Shown here: positions 12,985 to 25,440 of the stretch, in pieces
Layout of the letters: every line of letters starts with the position of its first letter
Position numbering within the stretch: position 1 is the stretch's first letter
NCBI GenBank assembly: GCA_964016885.1
Contig: CAXHJY010001343.1
Span: 1 to 64,000 of the forward strand
Direction: 5' to 3'
Length of the DNA stretch: 64,000 nucleotides
DNA from: Eledone cirrhosa
Taxonomy: Eukaryota
Position numbers and translations under genes: made by a program
Notes under the pieces: model-generated
What the model was told of the DNA's origin: nothing
What the model saw: only the letters and a program-made list of their open reading frames with translations
The model's database searches: none

Positions 12985-13000
12985 TATGTATATATATATA

Positions 13001-14020
13001 TCATCATCATCATCATCATCAACGTTTAACGTCCGTGTTCCACGCTTGCATGGGTTTGGACGGGGGTAGTCCCACTTGAGGCAAGAGTGATTGTCTTGCT
13101 CGCATAGGACTGTCTGGCAGGTTTTCTACAGTTGGATGCCCTTCCTAACACCAACCACATTTACAGTGTGGGTCTGGGAGGTTTTTACCGTGTTGCCTAC
13201 ACGGCCACATTACAGCGTGGACTGTGTGTTTTTTGTCGTGACACCTACACGATCTCATTTGTTTCGGCCTCGATGGCGCGGCACCAACATAACTTTACAT
13301 AGAACGGGGTGGTGTGGATCGGGTGGGGGTGGGGGTGGTGGGACGGGGTGTATTTTGTTAGAGATGCCTACTGGCTGGAGTAGGTTTTACTATATATTTA
13401 GGTAAGGCGGGTCTTCTCTGTTACTGAGTACCGCCAAAGGTCTCGGTCCAGTGACATTGTCTTGGAGAGGTGTAAGTGTGTGATGTCGGAGTTTATCAGC
13501 TCGTCCCAGGTTTTTCTAGGTCTGCCTATTCCGTGACTACCGTCTATCTTTATTGCCCTGCACTTTGTTATACAGCTATCGACTTTCATGCGCATCACGT
13601 GTCCATACCAACGTAGCCTTCTCTCGAGTAAACAACATCTGATCCCTCTTATCTCTAATTTATTCCTTAGTTCGTTTATGCTTTGCCGTTCACGTATATT
13701 ACTGTTACACATCCAGCGGAGCATGCAAGCTTCGTTCCTCTCTAGTCTGCGTATATCCTCTGCACACAATGCCCAGGTCTCACTGCCATGCAGCATTGCT
13801 GTTCGTATGCAGGCATCGTACAACCTGCCTTTCATTTTTAGTGAGAACCCTTTAGCAGCTAATAGTGGTATAAGCTCTCTGAACTTTTTCCAACCAGTTC
13901 TGACTCTAGCTACAGTACTTTCAGAGCACCCTCCCCCACTGCTGATTTTATCGCCCAGGTAACGGAAGCTGTCCACTATTTCTATAGAACCCTCTGCGCA
14001 ATTGAAAGAGCTAGTAGTTT
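13001..14020 (-). mobile_element. RTE LINE family B, 5'-truncated (~1 kb)
   Basis: ORF 13398-13976 (VDSFRYLG...[10 protein letters not shown]); (GAT)n tail; TA microsatellites on both sides. Confidence 0.93.
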
Positions 14021-14232
14021 ATATATATATATATATACACATGTATATATATATATATACACATATGTATATATATATATATATATATATACATATGTGT
14101 ATATGTATATATATACACATATGTATATATATATACACATATGTATCTGTATATATATATATACACATATGTGTATATATATACACATATGTGTATATAT
14201 ATATATACACATATATATATACACATATATTC

Positions 14233-14385
14233 AATGTAAAGTTATGTTGGTACCATAACATCCAGCCCGAAACAAATGAGGTCATATAGGTGTCACAACA
14301 AAAAAAACACCACCCTTGCCTCAAGTGGGAAAACTCCCGTCCAACCCCATGCGAGCGTGGAATATGGACGTTAAACGATGATGAT
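14233..14385 (+). mobile_element. Family B 3'UTR fragment with internal deletion
   Basis: Matches 58564-58855 with the middle part missing; ends GATGATGAT. Confidence 0.75.
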
Positions 14386-14821
14386 ATATATATTCACATA
14401 TGTGTATATATATATATATATATACACACACATATATATATATATATACACATATATATATACATACACATATATATATACACATATATATATATACACA
14501 CATATATATACACACACACATATATATACACACACATATATATACACACACACATATATATATACACACACATATATATATATATATACACACACATATA
14601 TATATATACACACACATATATATATATACACACACATATATATATATACACACACACATATATATATACACACACATATATATATATACACACGCATATA
14701 TATATACACACGCATATATATATACACACGCATATATATATACACACACATATATATATATACACACACATATATATATATACACACACATATATATACA
14801 CACACACATATATATATATAT

Positions 14822-14868
<47 letters not shown>

Positions 14869-15249
14869 TAAAGTTAGTCCTTCATCAGTGATCTTCCAAC
14901 CATCATTGGTATTTTGTCGCTTTAAAGACCATATACCTCCGGTTGGTGCGAGCAACGGCTAAAAAAGTCGTTGGGACACGTAAATAAAGGGGACACAAGT
15001 GTAAACAAACAAAAATGGTGAAGCAACGAAAAGTGAGGAAGAAGGAGTCAAGTCCCAAATTTCTATGAATTTAAATTCGGTGAAATCGTGAACGAGACAG
15101 AATAAAGACCATCAAAGCTGGTTGAAATGTGAACAAGGAAGGAATATATACACACATATGTGTATATATATAATATATATATATAATATATATATATAAT
15201 ATATATATAATATATATATATAATATATATATATAATATATATATATAA

Positions 15250-15804
15250 TCATCATCATCATCATCATCATCATCAGCGTTTAACGTCCGTGTTCCACGC
15301 TTGCATGGGTTTGGACGGGGGTAGTCCCACTTGAGGCAAGAGTGATTGTCTTGCTTGCATAGGACTGTCTGGCAGGTTTTCTACAGTTGGATGCCCTTCC
15401 TAACACCAACCACATTTACAGTGTGGGTCTGGGAGGTTTTTACCGTGTTGCCTACACGGCCACATTACAGCGTGGACTGTGTGTTTTTTTGTCGTGACAC
15501 CTACACGATCTCATTTGTTTCGGCCTGGATGGTGTTGTGGCACCAACACAACTTTACATGGAACGGGGTGACGTGGATGGGTTGGGGGTGGTGGAACGGG
15601 GGGGGGGGGTATTTTGTTAGATGCCTACTGGCTGTAGTAGGTTTTACTATGTATTTAGGTAAGGCGGGTCTTCTCTGTTACTGAGTACCGCCAAAGGTCT
15701 CGGTCCAGTGACATTGTCTTGGAGAGGTGTAAGTGTGTGAGGTCGAAGTTTATCAGCTCGTCCCAGGTTTTTCTAGGTCTGCCTATTCCGTGGCTACCGT
15801 CTAT
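15250..15804 (-). mobile_element. RTE LINE family B, 3' fragment
   Basis: [14 protein letters not shown]...RLT* followed by the 3'UTR and (GAT)n tail. Confidence 0.92.
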
Positions 15805-17190
<1,386 letters not shown>

Positions 17191-17515
17191 TCATCATCAT
17201 CATCATCATCATCATTTCTTTTTATGTCCACTTTTCGATGCTTGCAAGAGTGGGATGGGAACTGATTCTGGCTTGATTTCTACAGCTGGATGCCCTTCCT
17301 AACACCAACCTCATTTACAGTGAGTGCTGGGTGCTTTTTTGCTGTGGCACCTCCACGACCACTTTGCAGTGATAGGGACTCATTTCTACAGCTGAGTAAA
17401 CTGGAGAAATGTGAAATAAAGTGTCAAGGAAACAACACATCACCCGGTCTGAGAATTGAACTCACAACCTTTTTATTGCAAGGCCAATGCTCTAACCACT
17501 AAGCCATGTGGCTCC
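17191..17515 (-). mobile_element. tRNA/CORE-like SINE with RTE-derived tail (family C)
   Basis: Reverse complement of 21368-21703; (GAT)n tail. Confidence 0.85.
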
Positions 17516-17638
17516 ATAAATATACACGGGTGTGTATGATTGTGTATCGAAGATTATATTAATAAAAGGAATTCCAACTTTGTCTGATTTACTTGTTTTA
17601 TTTACAATCCTTTAAAATGTATAATGGTATTAGAATGA

Positions 17639-18562
17639 TCATCACATCACTCGTCGACTACTGTCGAGATGATGGATCTCACTCTCATGCCCCAGAATCC
17701 CCTGTCCCCCATCGCTGCCCCCAGGTCCTGTCTGCTGATTCCCGTATCCCTAGAGATAACGTCAGGGAATGACAGCTTCCTACTCCTAGTCAGGCTGGAG
17801 TCAGGGTTCCAGAGCAAGAGAGCGGATATGATTTCATTGCTTGCACGGTGACAGCGGCCAGCAAATTGAGCTCTCCGTGATTTTAGAAGGGCAGAGGCTC
17901 GAGGGAGTTTGCCATAGATTTTAGACAAGGTGGGATGTCGTTTCCAGGATAGGTTTTGCACTCTCATTAAGAGGCGGGTATATGTGCCATCCAATCTCCT
18001 CTCAAGTTGTGATGTTAGTGTCCAAGTTTCGGATCCATAAAGTAATATGGGCTTAATGGTTGCTTGGAATATTTCCAGTTTTAGCTTGTTGGTAAGTTGA
18101 GATGTCCATATGGCGTGCATGTCATTGCACGCTGACCATGCCATACCTTTCCTGGTTAGAAAATCTTTTTTGGAGGAGGAGCTATATGAGCCAAGATACT
18201 TGTAATCTTCCACCTGCTTAAGGGTGGTACCATTAAGGGTTCTGATGGGGTAGTTTGGGCTGTTTGTGCATCTGTTCACACACTCAGTTTTGGATCCGTT
18301 GAGGTATAGTCCAACACAGTTGGACGCTTGCTCTAATGACTTCAAAAGACTCAGCATTTTCCAGTGACCGACTGATCAATGCGATGTCGTCAGCAAAGTC
18401 GGTGTCGGTCAAGTATTTTGCTGGGTAGCGTGAGCTTCTCCTAGGCTGTAGTTGGTATCCCCTATCCTGAATCCTATCCACAGACATGCACAAAACATAA
18501 TCCACAACAATGATAAACAGATACGGAGCAAGGGTATCGCCCTGTAAAATTCCAGCAAGGAT
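17639..18562 (-). mobile_element. Third RTE-like LINE family, 5'-truncated, frameshifted, 9-bp TSD
   Basis: GILQGDTLAPYLF, DFADDIAL, YKYLGS, LLYGSETW. Frameshift near 18345. TSD ttagaatga at 17630-17638 and 18563-18571. Confidence 0.9.
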
Positions 18563-18786
18563 TTAGAATGAAATAGTATGGTAGAATATTAAATGTTAAG
18601 TGTTAATTGAACAAGTACTTTCATGCTTTCCCAATCTTCAGGTTCATATTCTGTGGTGACGGTCAAGTTTGCAATTTTCAACTGTAATGAGATGGGTAAA
18701 TTTTGTGCCTTATATACAGTGAAAAGCGGCTACAGGATGCTAAATTTTGCAAACTGTATTTCAACCAATCGGTGTGTAGTTTCAAA

Positions 18787-19018
18787 CCGTACTAAGAGTG
18801 AGAAATGAAATTCGGGCTGTTTGTTTACAAACAAACCGAGCATTATAATAAATGTTCGGTAAACCTATACGTACATATATTTATGTGTGCATGTATGTAT
18901 ACATATACATACTTCTGTACGTCTATACATATACGTATGTACATATACATACTTATATTTAAGTAACAGCCGTACTAAGAGTGAAAAATGAAATTTCGTT
19001 TCATTTTTTCCATCTATA
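18787..19018. mobile_element. Single arm of the 11520-12190 foldback family
   Basis: Shares tgtttgtttacaaaca.accgagcattataataaatgttcggt and the cagccgtactaagagtg end. Confidence 0.75.
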
Positions 19019-19024
19019 TATATA

Positions 19025-19387
19025 CTAGCTGACGTACCCAGCTTCACCCGGGTAAACAGATGATAAGAGAGGACAGGTTAAAGAGAAAATGACTGTATTG
19101 GATGTTTGTCTGGTTACAGTAAGAGGTGAGTCTGTGGTGTCTGTGTGATACAAACAAAAATAGTAAAAAAAAAAAAAAAATCTTCCAGATATACCAGATT
19201 CTTCGTTCTACTGTTTGTGCATAGTATATGAACAATTCTAGGTGCTCCCACCTAGAGTAGTGCTTCTAGGAGATGGTTCATCTTCTGCCTGACTGTAAAA
19301 CGTGTATCATTGCATAGACGTGGTTGTTCCACGTTTCTCAAAAGGATGATGGAAATTCCAATCTTTTATATTATATGTAGATATAGA
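19025..19387 (-). mobile_element. Non-autonomous Helitron
   Basis: Minus strand reads A|TCTATATC...ATAAAAGATTGG at the 5' end and a GC-rich hairpin CCCGGGTGAAGCTGGG then CTAG|T at the 3' end. Confidence 0.8.
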
Positions 19388-19430
19388 TATAAATGATTAA
19401 TATAAAAGATGATGCTCAGCCAGTTCGTCT

Positions 19431-19766
19431 TCAACCATCGCAGCACGCCGTCACTATTTGGCTCGTGTTTCGTTGGCGTTGTTCAGTCAGCTCCTCTTCA
19501 TTCATGGCGGCACGTCTTCGCCTCTGAAGTTTGGCGTTCCGATGGCGCTGTTCGGCCCGTTTTTCTTCATTCCTGGCTGCACGCCGTCGCCGCTGTAGTT
19601 CACTGCTTGATAAAGTCGAATTGCTTTTACTTTCTGTGGAACGCTGCACGCACGCACACAAACATACGCGCACGTACATACACACGTACACATAGTAATA
19701 GTTACAGCGTTCACTTTGCCTCTGTTTCTTACTCTCCCCTCTCACTTCCTCATTGGCATTATGCAT
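19431..19766 (-). pseudogene. Fragment encoding two 23-aa basic repeats (STPR-like; probable Helitron RepHel N-terminus remnant)
   Basis: LQRRRRAARNEEKRAEQRHRNAK / LQRRRRAAMNEEELTEQRQRNTS with an exact 69-nt period (19461-19598). Confidence 0.5.
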
Positions 19767-20381
19767 ATTAATTTAAGTTTGGCGTCGTTGAGGTTGGCGG
19801 AGTTATTTGAAACCTATGAACCAATGATAATCGAGAATTATGACACACGGAATAATGACATTGTTGAAATTAATATATATATATATTAATAACTGGCAAA
19901 CGCTATGAGAGACAGAGATGGATGGAGGAAACGTGTCGTAGAAAGCCGAGCAAGCTCGACCTGATGATGATGATATATGTATATGTGTGTGTATGTGTGT
20001 ATACACACACACAATGGACATCCACAGTATCCATCTACCAAATTTCATTCGCAAGGCATTGGTGTCACACAGTGGGACTGAATGCAAAACTACAGGACTG
20101 CAAAGTAAAGCCCTTTAACTACACAGCCATGCCTGTACCTATACTTAACACAAATGTATACAAACGCACACACACACTTGAATATAAGCCTGGAAATGGT
20201 GAAAAGAACAAATCAAAGACCAAATCCAATTGACTTCAGGTGCAATGAAGATTTGCAAGACATTTCAAAGAGTTTCCTAGAATGAATATATGCACACACA
20301 CACACACACACACACACACTTCTGTACTAGATAGATATATACATACATACACACAAATACATACATACTATATGTATAAAC

Positions 20382-20780
20382 ATATTTTTATGAGAAAGTT
20401 AGAAGCTTCATCAAATGTTTTTTATTATAAAATAGTCTAAATAAGGCATATAAAAAAAAAATGGGCATTAGCACGTGTGGTCCTACAGGTGCTAATGCCA
20501 GTTTTTTCTGTTAACTCTTTAGCATTTAAACCAGCCATATCCAGCCAGAATTCTCTCACCTCTTGCTGTTCAAACCGGATGTACTGTTCTCAAAATAAAT
20601 AATATCAAAATCTCATAGATTTGATATTATATGAGATAAAGTGTTAACTATATTTACTCAAGTATTTTCACAGTGATGTAAATGCTAAAGGGTTAAGGGA
20701 GCTTATATGTCCCATTATTTAGACTATTCTTCCATAGTAAAAAATATTTGATGAAACTTCTACGTTTCTCATAAAAATAT
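20382..20780. mobile_element. Foldback MITE carrying an inserted piggyBac-type MITE
   Basis: 20382-20452 is inverted relative to 20703-20780; central hairpin ggcattagcac/gtgctaatgcc. Confidence 0.65.
20511..20696 (+). mobile_element. piggyBac-type MITE (TTAA TSD, CCCTTTAGCATTTA TIR)
   Basis: ttaa ctctttagcattta ... taaatgctaaaggg ttaa. Same family at 41255-41470, 27575-27740 and 29590-30438. Confidence 0.8.
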
Positions 20781-20837
20781 CAAATTCCATACATTGTTTC
20801 TCAACACACGTTTGTTTATACTATTACATATATACAT

Positions 20838-20887
<50 letters not shown>

Positions 20888-21367
20888 TAAGTATCAAAAG
20901 ACACTTACCAGGAGAGTTAAGTTTTATAGAGGTATTAAATTAGATTGTACTGTTACACATTATATGTAGCACCTTATTTTACTTTTACAAAGAGTGTAGC
21001 AGTTGGGGACAACCCCCCAACAGAAAGTTTGCTCATCAGGCTAAAAACTTACTGTTAGGGTTGTCACCAACTACTCTATTGATTTAAATATTCTGGTCCA
21101 TGTTTAAACATGTTCACATATCTTACTTTCTTAGTAAAACACACTGTAGTTAACAAATGTATATATCATCATCATGCGTTTTTTGTTTCATGGTGGCTAC
21201 TATCCTCTCACCAGTGTGTGTGTGTGGTGTGTGTGGTGTGTGTGGTGTGTGGTGTGTGGTGTGTGGTGTGTGGTGTGTGGTGTGTGGTGTGTGTGTGTGT
21301 GTGTTTTTATCCATTTATTTAATTAATTTTTTTTTTTCTTTATTAGTTGGTGAATTTGCAGAGTCAA

Positions 21368-21703
21368 TGGCTTAGTGGTTAGAGCATTGGCCTTGCAATC
21401 GAAAGGTCAAGTTCAATTCTCAGACCGGGTGATGTGTTGTTTCCTTGAGCAAGACACTTTATTTCACATTGCTCCAGTTTACTCAGCTGTAGAAATGAGT
21501 TGATAGTGACTGGGGTCCATATCATTCCACTGCAAAGTGGCCGTGGAGGTGCCACGACAAAAAAGCACCCAGCACTCACTGTAAATGAGGTTGGTGTTAG
21601 GAAGGGCATCCAGCTGTAGAAATCAAGCCAGAATCAGTTCCTATCCCACCCTTGCAAGCAGGGAAAAGCGAACGTAAAATGATGATGATGATGATGATGA
21701 TGA
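21368..21703 (+). mobile_element. Near full-length family C SINE
   Basis: TGGCTTAGTGGTTAGAG A-box, AGTTCAATTC B-box, CORE-like TCCTTGAGCAAGACACTTT...CTCAGCTGTAGAAATG, tail shared with RTE family A, (GAT)n. Confidence 0.88.
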
Positions 21704-22036
21704 TTAGAACATTGGCTAGAATATTTTGTGGTATTTGTTCTGGCTCTCTGAGGTCAACTTTGCCATTCATCCTTTCGAGGTTGATAAAAAAAAGTATTAG
21801 TCTAGTACTGGGGTCAAATCTTCCTCTATATCTTTTTCTTATTTCCCCTCTCTCACTTTCTATCACTGTCTGAATTCAAACTTTGCTTTTCTACTCTTTG
21901 AGGTCAATCAAAAAAAAGTACCAGCCCAGTAATGGTGTTGATCTTTCTCCAATATCTTTTTCTTACTCTCTCTCCTCCTTTGGGCTTTGCCAGGTTTAAT
22001 GGTATTGTATGACGGCACCCCAACATATGAATGTAT

Positions 22037-22096
<60 letters not shown>

Positions 22097-24859
22097 ATCA
22101 CCATCACCATTGTTTAACATCCATTTCCATGCGTGCATGGGTTAGAAGGTTGTTCTTTTTCCATGTGGCACCCAGTAAATAGCTGTTTTAATTAGTAAGT
22201 TGGAGATAATTTGGCACACCATGCCCAACCCATTTCCATCGGTGTACAGTCACCATTCCTGCTCTATTCACAAAATAGGAGCAAGGCAGTAGTTTCTATC
22301 TAATCTATGAACTGGATTAATATATAGCATAGTTTCCTAGAAACTGATGTGAGAACATTATAAAATCTGGCAGTCAGTTACAATGTTATCTAAAGAAAAT
22401 TCTGCCTTAGGCTTAATGTTAAACTATATCCATCCTTCTACTACTCTAACCTTCTTAACACGTTTGATGCAAATCAACCTAACTCTACCTGAAGTTCTAT
22501 GAAACAACCATTCCTTTTAAATGGTTTAAATGAAAATATTTCAACATAACTTGTTAAATTATGCTATAAACACTTTCATAATACTGAGATAATTAATAAT
22601 TTTAGTAAATCCTTTAAATTCTTCATTAATTAATTCAAATACAGTGTATTTCATAAGAAATTATGGTAATGAAAAGATTAAATAAATGCATACAACACAA
22701 CAGATTCTTGTATAAAAACCTCCCAAAAGTAAGTGAGAAGATCCAAGAACACTGACCGTCTATCAGGGCATTGTGCACAACATCTGTGCAAATAAATACA
22801 GGGTATTTTCAAAATTCCAACAGATCTTGATAGAAATGTGAAATTCAAATTTGACCACTTTTAAATTTTTATTGATGACGGAGGGTGTATGATAGATCAT
22901 ACAAAACTCAGGTCCATCAAAGTTTTGTATAATAAAACCTTTAATGTCACATTAACCTATGGTAAACAAGTGGTGGGGTTTGAACTCAGAAGTGCCGAGG
23001 GCTGAAAAAATACTGAGCTCTACCTTTGCCAACTTGCTGGATGTAAAATGAAAGATTGTTAAATTATAAAAACTTTAAACACTTTTCCAGTCAACTTGAG
23101 CAACATATTTAGCCATCCCTGTCTTGAAGTAGTCTGATATTTTATTTTACCAGTTTAGTAACATTAAGCTAAAATAAAACAAAAATAAATAAATAAACTG
23201 TGACATTTTATATCCATGAGAGTTAGAGATAAGCTATTTTTCTCCTTCTTCAAGAATACAACTTTATTTTACAAGAAAATAAAGCCATATGACTAGCTTT
23301 AGAATTTGGTTGAAGGAGAGGGTAATGGAATGTTAAAACCATTAAACATTATATATATAGAGAGAGACTGGTATGTGTATATATAGAGAAAGTGACTGCT
23401 ATGCGTCTCATTTGATTTGTAAATGGATGTTAAATTTTTTCGTAAACATATTTCTAATGAAAGACACTGCCAATGATTTTCAATTAATTATGAAAATTAT
23501 TCAAGAATTTTAAGGAATTTAGTAATATAACTAACTTTTTCATTATTAAGTTAATGTTCAAATCCCACTGAGGTTTGCTTTACCTTTCATCCTTACGGGG
23601 TTGATAAAATAAAGTACCAATAATGCACTGGGATCGATTTAATTGAGTTTTCCCTCCTCTAAAAATTGTTGGCCTTGTGCCTAAATCAGAAACCATTTGG
23701 CAGTATTGGTAGAGAGTCGGACACTATGCTTTGAAGCATAGAGTTACGTCCCTTTATGATCTGAGTTCAAATCCCGCCGAGGTTAACTTTGCCTTTCATC
23801 CTTACGGGGTCGATAAAATAAAGTACTAGTAATGTACTGGGTAATTGCTGGCCTTGTGCCAAAAATAGAAACAATTATTAAGTTAATGTTTGGAACATAA
23901 AGGTTCTTATATAAAATATGATGGAAGATTTTTATGTAAATATAAGCACTTTAAAATAAACAAGTTTATATTGTAGAATCAGGATTGATATGGTATCAAA
24001 AGTATTTAAAAACTCTTAATATTATCAAGTGATAAAATAACAAATAAGTAGTGATGTCTGTAGGAATACCAGATTGAATACTTTTACTAATATATTTGGT
24101 TTTAATGATATTTCGCTGTTCTGAGTTCAAACTCTGATGGTGGAATTCAACTTTAGTTTTTATTTTGATAAGGACTGATAAAAATAAAACATCTGTACTG
24201 TGGATGATTCAAATTGATTATATTACCCTTCACTTACAAAAATATTGATTTCATGCCAAGCAAAAATAAATTAATATAATATAACTGAGATGTTACTCTA
24301 CAAAAGAGAAACAGATTTCTATCTCATTTCATTATTGGTAACAACGTGGTAGTTTGAGTTAGACATAACTCCTTCCAAAATCAATAGTCTAAGTTTTCAA
24401 TCTACGTCTCAAACCTCTTTTTATTTTCATGAACCCTCCCTCACTCCCCAAAGAACAACAACAAAAGAAACAATTGCACAAAGTAAAAATATTTTAGGTA
24501 ATAGCTTTAGACAGACAGTCAAGTAAAAATTCCATCATCCATTCAAGTTATAAGTTTCTACAGCATAAAAATTGGAATTAAAAGAACTAGAGTAATAACC
24601 TTGGTTACAACCCCAACTCCACCCTTGGACTAGGCAAAAGATCAAATTTATACATTCAATCAAATATAGTCTAATATTTTATTTTATTGATGCTGAAATA
24701 AAATTCAAATAATAATAGTAATAATGGTATAAAATGAAAGTCAAAATTAAAACTAGTGAATTATGAAACCAGAATTAGTTACTTGTGAGTGCAGCATTTA
24801 GTCTGAAGTTTGCCAACAGCTGCTGCACTGAATTTAATCAGCTGAGGTGAAAGTAATCA

Positions 24860-25440
24860 TCATCATGGGTTGGATGGGTTTATGGTGCTTCTAGACAGGC
24901 TGGGGAATCATGTCTTGTATATGTTCTAGTTTGGGCATGATTTCTACAGCTGGATGCCCTTCCTAATATCAACCACATTACAGAATATACTGGATGCCTT
25001 TTATTGTGACACCAAAATGAAAAGTGAAGTTGTCATGTCTTTGATATAACTGAAGAATCATTTAAACCACTTTTAACATGGTTTCTACAGCGAGATGCCC
25101 TTCCTAACATCAACTCCTTTACAAAATGCACTGGCTGCATTTTATTGTGGTACTAGCACTACAGAGATTGTCCTGTGCTTGACATGACAGAAGAATCAAC
25201 CAATTTTGGCATGGTTTCTACAGCTGGATGTCCTTAGCACCAACCACTTTATAGAATGTACTGGGTACATTTTACAATAGTACCAATATTAGTGACATTA
25301 CCATGTCCTAGATACAACTAAGAAACCTCTTACTCATTTTTGGCATGATTTCTAAAGCTAGATACTCTTTCTAACACCAACCATTTTACAGAGTGTACTG
25401 GGTACATGTTATCCTGTTACCAGCACTGGAGAGGTTGACA
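24860..25440 (-). repeat. Old element with four tandem ~130-145-bp modules of the RTE tail motif
   Basis: Repeated GGCATG.TTTCTACAGCTGGATGCCCTTCCTAAC near 24935, 25077, 25208 and 25342; catcatcat tail at the left end. Confidence 0.65.

Noticed and set aside
14865-15145. Unique island in a TA array with CTGATGA on the minus strand
   Set aside because: No helix II partner or GAAA follows; at most a broken PLE repeat, so no ribozyme is called.
20900-21080. Minus-strand GTAAGT donor and a small inverted repeat
   Set aside because: No acceptor or open frame; likely a MITE remnant.
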